A DNA stretch of 64,000 nt, taken from contig MU008162.1 in assembly GCA_010909165.1 (NCBI GenBank), positions 930,001 through 994,000 on the forward strand. The letters run 5' to 3'. This document shows positions 53,212 through 64,000 of this stretch, in pieces; the first letter of the stretch is position 1, and every line of letters begins with the position of its first letter. Origin of the DNA: Anthoceros angustus. Its lineage: Eukaryota; Plantae; Anthocerotophyta. Under the pieces are notes generated by a model, which searched no databases, was not told the origin of the DNA, and saw only the letters and a program-made list of their open reading frames with translations. The position numbers and the translations under genes were made by a program.

Positions 53212-53604
53212 GATCAGTGTCTATGTGAATGGCCGAGTTGGTTTGAGTATCACTGCCCGCAGCCAGTTGGAAGTGATTTGGGTTCAAATCCCGGTCCTGA
53301 CACACTGATCGGAAAGTCAGGGAGATCATAAAACCAAGAACAGGAGGAGCAAGTGGTTCTGCACAAACCACCCGCTTTGCCATTTGTCCAAATGGCTTAG
53401 GCCAAATGGACGCACATTTATAAGAACGCCATGATTAAGCATCCTGAGCTTAGATCGGTACTTAGATGGGGTGCCTAAAGGGAGTGGATGCCCTTGGAGC
53501 AAGTAGCTTAGGCACACCATGGTACAAGTTGTTAAGTACCAAGTCCCATGACGGAAATCCGTCCTTAGTGGACTTAAATAAAATTCTTCTTCTTCTTCTT
53601 CTTC
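53212..53604 (+). mobile_element. tRNA-derived SINE with (TTC)n tail
   Basis: Box A TGGCCGAGTTGG (53230), box B GGTTCAAATCC (53281), tRNA-Leu-like ...CCTGACA end; AATAAA then (TTC)7; second copy at 39690. Confidence 0.75.
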
Positions 53605-53794
53605 ATATAAGCTCAAAAAAAGAATCTGCAGGAGAATGCGTTTCTGAGAACAAGAAGAGCAAGTAGTTCTGTATAACAAGGCAACCAAAATTCTTCTTCT
53701 TCTTCTTCTTCATATAAGCTCAAAAAAAGAATCTGCAGGAGAATGCGTTTCTGAGAACAAGAAGAGCAAGTAGTTCTGTATAACAAGGCAACCA
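53580..53794. repeat. ~107-bp tandem duplication including the SINE tail
   Basis: aaaattcttc...acaaggcaacca twice. Confidence 0.85.
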
Positions 53795-54304
53795 CCTGAC
53801 GTAGAAGTGGTTCCACACGATCCTAGTCCCTGCTTTCCAGTTTTGCATAGCAGTAATGAGAAAATCACACACGATCGAGAAAATCACACACGATCCTAGT
53901 CCCTGCTTTCCCGTTTTGCATAGCTAGACATGGGAATATCAATATAACGCAGTGTTTGTCACCTACACCCATATGTAATCAGCAAGTGGCCCACATGCAA
54001 GTTGGTAGCAGCTGGTAAGATCTCATCAGGACTTCACATACGGTAATGACATCTCATAAAGATGTGAAACCATGAACTTGAGAGTCATTTGACATATTAA
54101 TCCACGATCGCTGGCTGTCATGCTGTCACGCGGATTCTTCCTCCCGTCCCGAGCCGTTGTCCTCTGAATCGAACTTCACAGGAAAGATACGACGCACGCT
54201 CATAGAAGCAAGGTCCTGTGCATGTTTCAGAATTGTCAAATGAAGCTGCCAATCGTGGAGATTCTTGAGCGCTCAGCTTGTTACTGGGGCACAAGCGCAT
54301 GAGC

Positions 54305-54833
54305 TCACTGCGCCTTATCCAGATCAGGGCGTCTGTCGTCCACCTGGGAGGACACAGCGGCGTCAAAAGCGTCCGGGTATTGGCTGGCGATCCGAGACTT
54401 CAGGTTTCTGCAAACGCAGGGCAGGAGTGAGGAATTCTGCATGAAAGTACCGCACAGGCGGAGATGGACCAAGAGGAAATGACCTAATTCGTTTGAAGAT
54501 GAGATCCAAGTCGGCCTTCATTTGTTTGAGCAAACGGGTGTTGTTCGAAAAGTCCTTTGCAACAGCTGTGAAGCTCCGCTGAGAGAAGTCGTTGAAATGG
54601 GAGAGCACAGCATTGCTATCCTGCAGTCGTCCTAGTCTGCCACGGGTGTTAGAGTGTTGAAAGCAAACAGAAAGCGAGAAGAAGGTGGCAGGGTTATAGG
54701 CTGGGTGTGGATTCCCCACTCACATGAGAAACTGAGACTGCTTCACAGTCTCTACATCAGAGGCATTCAACAGGTCCCGCAACTGCTGTGCTGCAGCCGC
54801 AGCAGCTGCGTCTTGGACTGGCTCCGACTCCAT
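54305..54833 (-). CDS. KXD1: KxDL motif-containing protein (BORC/BLOC-1-associated), 3 exons
   Basis: MESEPVQD...VKQSQFLM / LGRLQDSNAVLSHFNDFS...TRLLKQMKADLDLIFKRIR / LKSRIASQYPDAF...DDRRPDL*. Confidence 0.88.
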
Positions 54834-54848
54834 ACCCTGCTGTGGAGG

Positions 54849-55071
54849 AAGGCTCCCAAGATCGGGGAAATTACTGGGATTTCACTGAGGTTTTGTTAGT
54901 TATGTCGATTTGAGGCTGAACAGGTTTAGGATTCCTGGTTTAAGATCACTGAACACTACTAAGGCTCCCAAGATCGGGGAAATTACTGGGATTTCACTGA
55001 GGTTTGTTAGTTATGTCGATTTGAGGCTGAACAGGTTTAGGATTCCTGGTTTAAGATCACTGAACACTACT
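54849..55071. repeat. ~111-bp tandem duplication upstream of KXD1
   Basis: aaggctcccaagatcggg...gaacactact twice. Confidence 0.85.
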
Positions 55072-55367
55072 GGGTCCTGGAAGTGATGCATTAAGTCACT
55101 GCCAAATACACATCTTATTCCTGTTTCTGAGATCCCGGATGAGCGTTGATATATATGCACTGTTACCCTGGAGTCCGTTTATTACTAGCTGAACTTGGCC
55201 AGCACATGAGAAGCATTGCTGTTGGAAATGCATAGCACGCAAGACGGTCGGGGCACATGCTCTTCGCAACTCGCAGCCTGTATGGAACGCCATCACATCA
55301 CTGATAGAGTAAGTTTCTAGTACATATTAGCTAGCAGCATCGCCTGGCTTGGGATTCCAGATGTGAG

Positions 55368-55873
55368 CTAAGGACACTTTGGGCCACCCCTGGCATTCCT
55401 CATGTTCTCGTAATAGGGGCATACGTCCTTGTTGCCGTAAGTCCCAGGCGGGACACAGTTGCACTTCTGGCAACACAGGAGGTAGTATTTGTGGCAAGGT
55501 TTTGATTTGCTGGCCTTGCTGCACCGAAAGTCGCAAGCTGGGGTACATTCTACAGAGGGAAGGCACATAAATTCCAGTCAGAGTGGAAGCAAAGAAACTG
55601 ATTCACAGTTCAACATGGCTTGAAGGTTGGAGCATTACCCAGGGCCTGTTTCTGGTGGTGCCCACCATGGCTGTGGTGGCCGCCGACAGGGTGATGGCCC
55701 TCAACACTCGCCTCATGCTGTGCTTTTGCATCCCCAGCATCAGAATCATTTGGTAGTTGCTCTCCAGTCACCGAAGCTATAACCCGGGCAAACAAAGGAC
55801 ACACAAGAGTCACCTCGTTCCTGTCTTGGTCAAGGGCGCTCCTTCGCAAAGAAATCGGTACTGCCTCGGCAAC
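55368..55873 (-). CDS. GASA: GASA/Snakin cysteine-rich peptide (exons 2-4), possibly pseudogenised
   Basis: ECTPACDFRCS...CCQKCNCVPPGTYGNKDVCP..KCP*; upstream exons VAEAVPISLRR..RNE and His-rich HEASVEGHHPVGGHHSHGGHHQK. Confidence 0.85.
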
Positions 55874-56022
55874 CTAATCAAATGGGGAACCCAAAGTTTG
55901 GGCAAATGGGCAAATGGTTCAAGTTAGTTTTTTGGAACAAGTCCAAATTTTTTTGGTTAGAATTGGTTTGGTGGAGATAGGCGAGGTGAACAGGTGCAAA
56001 TTGTTGAAGGAAAAATGCCTAC

Positions 56023-57690
56023 CTAGGCGAGGTAAACAGGTGCAAATTGTTGAAGGAAAAATGCCTACCGTAGTAGGAAGCTGGAAAGCGATGTAAGAAT
56101 TGCAGGCGAAGCACTCTTTTTCCTCAATTTCGTACAGGAACTCAACAAGGAGACCATGACTAAGCCCACCACAACGAGGGGCAAGGAGGTGGCTGCCAAG
56201 GATGGGACGTCCACCAAGGGAGGTAGCAAAGGGAAGGATAAGAAATCTAGCAAAGGGAAGGATAAAAAATCTAAGGCAGGAGGTGCGGGCTCCGGGAAAT
56301 GGAAATTTGACATGCCGTAATTTACATGCTTTGCAGGTCAACTATCTTCTAGGAATCTTGCGGACTTTAGGCCCTGGGCAACAGAGGAAAACATCGAGTT
56401 GGTGTGGGTGTATGGAGGCACTGGTCTTACACCAACCTGGAATTAATTGAAGAGTGCTTTGCTAACTTGCACCAAACAGAGGAAGAATTGGCTGCTTTGC
56501 CAAACAGGAATATACGGCAAGTGTATGGCATGCCAGACAGTGAAGGTAGTGAGATCACCTTTATGGAAGGGACAAGTGGAGGAAAGCGTGCAACAATAGC
56601 AGACCTTCCTAAGGGAGCCTTCACATTCATGCAGGGAGGAATAAAGGCCAAGACCAAGAATGGATGGCGGACTGACTAGGTGCTGGAACCAAATGGAGGT
56701 TGTTCACGAAAATTGTCTTATGATTGGTAAGCAACCAGCGTGTATCATACTTCAGCACCACCTTCCTGCATTTCTTGTGGAAGGTAACTCAAGGAGCAGA
56801 GCCGGATTGGGGGTTGATCATGTATGAAGCTTACACCTTCCACCCCTTCCACCGGGAGAAGCTGCTGAAGCCTGAACCCCCAATCCGACTTTGCTCCTTG
56901 AGTTACCTTCCACAAGAAATGCAAGAAGGTGGTCAAGTAGATGTCATTGCTTACCAATCATAAGACAATTTCGTGAATCACTTAATTCCGACTCGTCACC
57001 ATCCATTCTTAGACTTGACCTTTATTCTTCCCTACATGATGTGAAGGCTCCCAGAAGGTCATGCTTTTGCACGCTTTCTCTGTCCCCATCTGATCCCACT
57101 ATCTTCTCGCCGTACACTTGCGTATACTCCTCAATGTCCAGCATCGTGGATCCGTCCATGCGTTCCTATCTGGCAAAGCAGCCAATTCTTCCTCTGTTTG
57201 GTGCAAGTTAGCAAAGCACTCTTCAATTAATTCCAGGTTGGTGTAAGACCAGTGCCTCCATACACCCACTCCAATCGGATGTTTTCTCACGCCTAGAGTT
57301 AAAGTCCGCAGGTCCTGGCGGTGACATATGAAAGCATGAGGCGGCAAATTTACTTTAGCTCTCCTTAGACTTTATCCTTCCCTTTGCTACCTTGGTGGAC
57401 GTGCCAAGGAAACTTTTTATCCTTCCCTTTGCTACCTCCCTTGGTGGACGTGCCAAGGAAACTTTTTATCCTTCCCTTTGCTACCTCCCTTGGTGGACGT
57501 CCCATCCTTGGCAGCCACCTCCTTGCCCCTCATTGTGATGGGCTTAGTCATGGCCTCCTTGTTAAGTTCTTGCACGAAATTGAGGAAAAGGAGTACTTCG
57601 CTTGCAATTCTTACACCACTTGCTAGCTTCCTACTACCACGGTAGGCGTTTTTCCTTCTCAACAATTTGCACCTGCTCACCTCGCCTAGG
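56023..57690. repeat. Long imperfect inverted repeat (arms ~56023-56815 and ~56875-57690) of TE-like coding sequence
   Basis: GVWRHWSYTNLELIEECFANLHQTEEELAALP and TTFLHFLWKVTQGA.DWG are encoded on both strands in mirror positions. Confidence 0.85.
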
Positions 57691-59010
57691 ACCTTGCTCT
57701 TGCTCTCAACCACTTGGCCCTTACACCTTGGCTCTTCCAAACCCCAACTCCTCCTGTTGTGAGTTGCAAGGGAAACCTCACCCTCTTATACTTGTCACAG
57801 CGATTTGGGAGCTCTCCCTTCGCGATTTCCTTGCAATCATGCCACGCTCCACCCTCCCGGACGCCCTCACGAGCTTGGCAAGTGTTGGGTTACGCCCCAA
57901 CCTTCCTATTCCTTCTCTTCTCCTCTTTTTTTTTCCTGCGCTCTCTCTTGGCGCTTGGCGGATTTCCGCTTCCTTGCTTAGCTCACGCCTTCCTTCTCCT
58001 CCTCGTCACAGGCGCGTGTTCGGCACGATGGTGTGTGGGCGTTCTTCGCTGCCTGGATGATGGCGGCGCCTTCCTACAGTGAGGGCGTCTTCCTTGAGTT
58101 TTAGAGATGTGGCCTCCTATGGACACATGCAGCCACTTTTATAGATCACTCAAGGTTAGAAAAAGTAACTGCCATTCTATCCCACCCTTGGATGTATGCC
58201 ACGTGGCACCTTTCCCCACCATTGTTAGTTTCTTAATCCCTTTGTTGTAATATCATTTTTTCCTTATTTTCCTAATTTTTATTTACTAAAAATTAGCCTC
58301 TAATTTTCTAATTACGTTCTAATTAGTGGTTGTGATAATTGGAGGAGTTCAACCACGTTCAACCGTTCAACCAGGATCTCCTCTACAACTGCCAAAGCTA
58401 ACAGGAGCTTCACCTTAGACTGTCTGCCCGAGCAAGCCCTGCCTCCTGGCCTTATGCAGCCCTCATAGCCGTGGAGTAGAGTCTCGCCAAAGCCAGTGGT
58501 GCTGCAGTACTTGAGCCATAATCAATCACCTCATTTCCATTGACGAATGAAGGTCAGAGTCCTTGAACCTGCAGACCCAACAACCGGGCGGCGGCAAGCT
58601 TAAGGCAACTGATTCTGCAGGCACGAGGGACCTGATGCATCAAGTGGGCTCACGGGCAGTAATGCCGGAGCCCAGCACTGAACGGAGTCACGGGCACGCA
58701 TTCGTTCCCTCCTGCACATGTGTCGGCCATGGCAGAAGCATCCCTGCTCGTACGCACCAGTTGAAAGTGCAGGCAAATTACTCGCCTCTCATGCGACCCA
58801 TCATCGCCCGCGGTTCCGTTGAATCGTGCGAAACGCCGCTTGACCAAAGCATATCCCCGTAGTACAGATACGCATCGTTAAGGGCTCTGACAGGGAGAGA
58901 ACGGAAGCCACGTTCTCTGTGGGTCGTGAAAGCTAAACAATCCGGCATCTACAGGGCAGAGAGCAAAAGCAACCGGGGGCGGCGAGACTCGAGGGAAGCG
59001 AGGATGGGCC

Positions 59011-60021
59011 ATGGGGTCCAAATCCAGCAACTTTCCTGGGCAAAGCTCGACGTCTCCGCCAGCGTCTCCTCCATCACCGCCTCCTCCTTCTCAGTCTCCT
59101 TATTCTCCTTCTCTGTCCCCGCCTTCTGGTGCAGGAGCCGGAGAGGAGGGAGCTACGGCTATGGCGAGAGATGGGTCCGCGGGCCTGTTGACCCAGGAGG
59201 AGAAGGAGGAGGCGAAGACCGGGGAGGGGGATACGGAGTGGGATGATCTCAAGGCGTCCTTGGCGCATGTGACGGATGTGTGGAGGGTGCGGGCGCAGGG
59301 GGCTCATGCGGCCTGGGTGGCAACCCAGAGGAGGGGGGAGGGCAGGGCGGAGTGGAGGGTTACCCTGGGGGAGGCTCTCGAATCCACCACAACCCATGTG
59401 CTCATCGTGGTGCTGCTGTTGGTGGATCTGCTGGCCACGGCCATCGACATTCTGAAGGAGATCCACGTGAACCACGAGGACCTCAGGGACTGCATCGAGC
59501 GGGTGGAGTCCTGCTACGTGCCCTCCAGCTTCGAGCAGCGGGAGCCTCCCTGGGAGTGGCTGGGATATGTGGGGATCGCCATCCTGCTGGTGTTGCTGCT
59601 CAATGTTATTGGGTTGTTGGTGGCGTTCGGGAAATCCTTCTTCTCGCACCCGGGATATGTGCTGGATCTCATCGTGGTGGTCACGGCCTTGAGTTTGGAG
59701 ATCTTCCTGGAGGCGGATACTGCGGGGTTGCTTGTCATCCTCACCTTGTGGCGAATCGTCAGGGTCGCCCACGGCATCTTCTGTGTCACAGACGAGGCCT
59801 GGGACAGCGAGGTGAAGAAGCTGGAGGAGAGGTTGCAGGCCGTGGAATCCTCTCACAAGAAAGATCTGGAGCTGCTCAAAGAGCGGGAGGAGCGCATCGC
59901 AAGTCTGGAGTACCAGTATGCCCAGAAGGAGCGGTATGGCGAGCTCGTGCTAAACGAAGAAAAGCGTAACGAGGATCGCTTGTACCGTGCAAGCCTTAGA
60001 AGAGACGAAGAGGATTCCTGA
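59011..60021 (+). CDS. HV1: Voltage-gated proton channel Hv1-like, intronless, 336 aa
   Basis: Four TM helices; S1 Asp (VLLLVDLL), S3 YVLDLIVV, S4 LTLWRIVRVAHG, C-terminal coiled coil. Confidence 0.88.
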   Translation: MGSKSSNFPGQSSTSPPASPPSPPPPSQSPYSPSLSPPSGAGAGEEGATAMARDGSAGLLTQEEKEEAKTGEGDTEWDDLKASLAHVTDVWRVRAQGAHAAWVATQRRGEGRAEWRVTLGEALESTTTHVLIVVLLLVDLLATAIDILKEIHVNHEDLRDCIERVESCYVPSSFEQREPPWEWLGYVGIAILLVLLLNVIGLLVAFGKSFFSHPGYVLDLIVVVTALSLEIFLEADTAGLLVILTLWRIVRVAHGIFCVTDEAWDSEVKKLEERLQAVESSHKKDLELLKEREERIASLEYQYAQKERYGELVLNEEKRNEDRLYRASLRRDEEDS

Positions 60022-60688
60022 ATAGTGACGGGCCTCACCATGTCCTTGTTCTTGCTCACTCCTTGTTGCGTGTTTTTCTTGTTTGTATTCTGTCTGGTCT
60101 TCGTAGCAAGTGTTCATTTCATTGTTCACTTATTCTTGTCATCTGCTCAGCAGGAACAGACAAGAGGCAATTGGCAAATTGCGTGTTCGAAGCTGAGCAG
60201 ACTTACATAGATGTACGTTCGTATCTATAGAATCTCGTGTCATGTTTTGACAGATGTTTGATTCAATCAATTTCTTCCATCTGAATGCCTCTAAAGTCCT
60301 ACAGCCTTCCACATTCACTGAGTGGTGGCCAACAAGATAGAATCTCCAAATGATATGCTGAGCTTTATCTTCCAATGAATGAGTTCTGTCAGCCAGAGCA
60401 TTATCCTCTTCCAGTAAGCTGCCTGTTCCAAACGTTGAGCTTGCCTTGCCAGGTGCACAGTTTGGACTGTCGCTGGGAAGAACCTAACACAAGCCTAATC
60501 CAATGCACTCACAGTCTCGAGCTATGTAGTGTACAAGTTCTAATACAACGCACACACTCTATCTAGTGTACAAGAACTTGTGAACGTTGTGTGAAGGGCG
60601 AGATGCAAGAATGATGGGCGGAGCTTGAGCAGCTGCAGGGAAGAAGATCCTCGAAGTTGGCAAATTTGCAGCAAGACGTAGTACGGCC

Positions 60689-63600
60689 CTACTCCTCGAG
60701 GATGTCGTGGAGGAGGTGGTCGGGACCGCCTTGCAGGTCCTGGAGCCCCTTGACGATGTCGGACATGTTGGGTCTCTTGGCGCCGGCCTCCTCGCAGCAG
60801 GAGATGGCGAGCTGCAGGAACCTGGTGAGATCGGCGGCGGATGGGCCGGTGCCAACGACGACGGGATCGAGTGCCTCGGACTGCCGGCCCTGCTTGAGCA
60901 GAAGCCTTACCCACTCCACCAAATTCCCAACACGATTGTCCCTGGAGAACACGCCGACAGGCCGCTTCCCGGTTGCCAGCTCCAGCAACACGACCCCGAA
61001 GGAGTACACATCGCCCTTCACAGTAGCCCGCCATGTCTGGCTGTACTCGGGCGGGACATAGCCCAGCGTCCCGGCCACCGTGGTGCTCACGTGCGTGTCG
61101 TCCACGTCCATGAGCCTGGCCAGCCCGAAATCCGTGACATGGGCATTGAAGAACTCGTCGAGCAGGATGTTGGACGCCTTCATGTCCCGGTGGATGATGA
61201 GCGGGGAGCAGGCGTTGTGCAGGAAGTCGAGCCCCCGGGCAGTCCCGATGGCGATCTTGAGCCGCTTGGGCCAGTCCATTTGATCCGAGCCCCCTTCCTT
61301 CTCGTGCAGCCACTCCTCCAGGCTCCCGTTCTTCATGCACTTGTACACCAGGATCCGCTCCCTCCCGAAGCAGCAGTAGCCCATCAATGGAACCAGATTC
61401 TCGTGCTTCAGCCGGCCCAATGTCTCCATCTCTGCCTTGAACTCCCGGATCCCCTGCGGCCCGTCCTGGGTGAGCTTCTTGATGGCCACCACCGACCCAT
61501 TCGCCAGCCGAGCCTTGTACACCGTCCCAAACCCACCGCTGCCGAGGACGTTGGCCTCGTCGAATCCGTTCGTCGCCGTCACCAGATCCTCGTACGTGAG
61601 CGCCGGGAGAGACTCCGCCATCTTGAAGATGGAGACGTGGGTCTTCATCCGAGACGTGAAGAGCTGGCTGTCCCGATCGACCTTGGCGAAGCTCACTTCC
61701 GACTGGCGAGCAGAGAGCGATCGACGCCGGGAAACCATCGCCCAGGCAGAGCAGGCTGCGAGGAAGAGGACGCTGAGAGTCCCGGCCATGCTAACGCCCA
61801 CAATCGCGAGCGTGGAAAACCGGCCGCGACCGGCGGCTCCCGGTATCACCGCCCCGGCGACCGGCGGCACCGGTGTGAGCGAGTTCTCGCAGAGCGGGAG
61901 ATGGGAGTTGGAGTAGTTGGAGTCGCGGAATCCCTGGATGTTGCCCAAGGTGAGCCCGCAGTCGGCCCAGTATGGGCTGACGCCGAAGGTGAAGAATTGC
62001 GGGCCGGTGGGGATCGGGCCGGTGAGATGGACGTTGTAGGAGACGTTGAACTGGGTAAGGAGATTCAGGTTCCCGAGTCCTGGCGGGATCGGGCCGCTGA
62101 GGTTGTTGAAGCTGAGGTCGATCTGGATGATGCATCTGAGGTCGGCCAGGGTCGGGGGAATCTCGCCGCTGAGGAGGTTGTGGGAGACGTTGAACTTGGA
62201 GAGCACCAGGGAGGAGGAGAAGGCGTCGGGGATGGGGCCTGAGAGGAAGTTTTCTTGGAAGAACATGAACCCCAGGTTGGTGGAGTTGGCGATGATGGCC
62301 TCCGGGATGGAGCCGGTAATCTGGTTGTGCGTGAGCTCGATGTAGCCTTGCGTGGGCCTGGGCTGGCAGGGATTCACAACAGCATTGCCGGTGAGAATCA
62401 CGTTCCAGAAGGTCTTGCATCTCTCGTACTTGAGGTTCTCCTGGATGAAGCTGGTGAGCCCGCCCGGGACCCAGCGGGCGATGATAGAGCACTCCCCGAT
62501 GTAGGCAGGGTAGATGTGCGGGGAGAGCTTGTTCTTGTCGAAGCGCTCGGAGGCCTTGTTCCCCATGGTGTGGAGCGAGTCGGGGATGGTGCCGTTGATG
62601 CTGTTGCGGACCGCATTGAACCAGACCAGGCTGCTGGCGTTCCCGAGCTCGGGGGGGATGGGGCCTGAGATGCGGTTGATCCCTAGCCCTAGCCAGAGGA
62701 GCTGGCTCAGCTCCCCGAGCTGTGGCGGGATGGGGCCCTCGATGAGGTTGTAGGACAGGTCCAGGATCTGGAGGTCGGAGAGGAAGGAGACTTCTGCCGG
62801 GATGGGGCCGGAGAGGTTGTTCCCGGCCAGGATGAGGTGGTCCAGGTTGGTGAGGTGGAAGAGCTGGGTCGGAATGGGGCCGTAGAGGCTGCTGTGGCTC
62901 AGATCCAGGTATGTGAGGTTGGAGAGGAGGCCGAGTTCGGGGGGGAGAGGAGCTGGATCGAAGGAGTTCAGGCTGAGGACGAGAACCCGGAGGCTGGAGA
63001 TGGTGCTGAGGTAGGGTCCTGGGTGCGGGCCGGTGAAGAAGTTGTTGTGGAATTCCAGGAAGGTGAGAGCCTGGTTGGAGGAGAAGTGGTCGGTGATGTC
63101 GCCCGTGAACAGGTTCTTCCCCAGCGCCAGGGTCTGCAGAGCTGACATGTTGGAGAAGATCTTGGGGAGCGTGCCGTTGAGGAGGTTGGCTTGCAGGTTG
63201 AGCAGCCGGAGGTTGAAGCAGCTTCCGAGCTCCAAGGGCAGCGGGCCTGCCAGATTGTTGAAGGAAATGTCCAAGATCTGAAAGGCAGCGCAGTGGGCGA
63301 GGAGGTCCGGGGAGAGGGGTCCTGAGAACAGGTTCTGCTGCAGGGCTATCTTCTGGAGCGATGGAAGCTGGCCGAGAGACAAAGGAATTTCTCCTGCGAT
63401 GGAGTTGGAGGAGAGATCCAGGACGCGGAGGTTGGTGCAGCTCAGGGCGAAGTCTGGGGGCAGAGGTCCTGAGAGCCCGATGCCGTTCAGGTTCAGCTGC
63501 TGGAGGCTCGGGCAGGCGGAGAGGAAGCTGTCGGGGAGGCTCCCGTTGAAGCTGTTCTGCGCCAGGACCAGGACCTGGAGGCTGGGGAGGCGGGGGATGA

Positions 63601-64000
63601 AGGAGGGAGGGAGCCGTTGAGGTCGTTGTAGGACAGGTCCAGGGAGGTGAGCGCGGTGCAGAGCCCGAGCTCGTCCGGGATGCTAGCATTGAAGAGATTG
63701 AGGGACAGGGAGAGGTTGGCCAGGGCCGGGAGGGTGGAGAATCCGGACGGGATGGGGCCAGCAAGACTGAGGTTGACCAGGCTCACGCTGCTCACCCGGC
63801 TCTCCCCTCCCCACAGCGCACATCCCACTCCCCGCCACTGGCACACGTTGTCGGTGGTGTTCCCTCCCAGGAAAGCAGAATGTCTGTCACGCTCGCGTTG
63901 GCCTGCAGCAGCTGCTTCTTGATCCCCAGCAGGGCCTGCGCGTCCTGCACCAAGCCCGGGCTGCTGGCCTGCTGCAGCCGCCTGCCATGGCCATGGCCTC
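60689..64000 (-). CDS. LRR receptor-like kinase, LRR-X class, At1g74360/NILR1-like; intronless; 5' end beyond the window; apparent frameshifts at ~63605 and ~63865
   Basis: CQWRGVGC N-cap, ~20 LRRs with island ECSIIARWVP..CKTFW..GYIELTHN, TM, kinase GSGGFG, VAIKKL, HRDMKASN, DFGLAR, GTLGYVPPEY. Confidence 0.92.

Noticed and set aside
53217-53303. Functional tRNA gene
   Set aside because: Anticodon arm and acceptor stem are degenerate, and it is attached to a repeated body with a tail; better explained as a SINE head.
59074-59969. 260-aa antisense and 229-aa alternative-frame ORFs over Hv1
   Set aside because: Shadow ORFs.
60540-63764. Long overlapping or antisense ORFs (511, 657, 266 aa) over the LRR-RLK
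   Set aside because: Shadow ORFs from GC-rich codon usage; no domain features.

Overview
Land-plant nuclear DNA. Compact genes, ~100-nt introns and TTTAGGG-type repeats would fit a bryophyte such as a hornwort, but that is inference. 1-25 kb is a nested retroelement block: a degenerate CRE/SLACS-clade non-LTR element (RT plus restriction-like endonuclease) is split by an ~18.9-kb Athila-like Ty3/Gypsy element (minus strand). Its giant 4.7-5.7-kb LTRs appear to carry a long extra coding region. A second CRE 3' fragment lies tail-to-tail, and a telomere-motif array lies just upstream of the CRE ORF. 25-64 kb is gene-rich: PIRL-type LRR gene, a cluster of GDSL lipase pseudogenes (one intronless), a chromovirus remnant, BRO1-domain gene, a PIF/Harbinger element with both TIRs and both ORFs, a tRNA-derived SINE (plus a truncated copy), KxDL gene, a GASA/Snakin gene interrupted by a ~1.7-kb palindromic TE-like insert, an Hv1-type proton channel and an At1g74360/NILR1-like LRR-RLK. 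The 2.7-21.6 kb region is very indel-rich with tandem duplications, so assembly noise is likely there. All family calls are motif recognition by eye; no database search was run.
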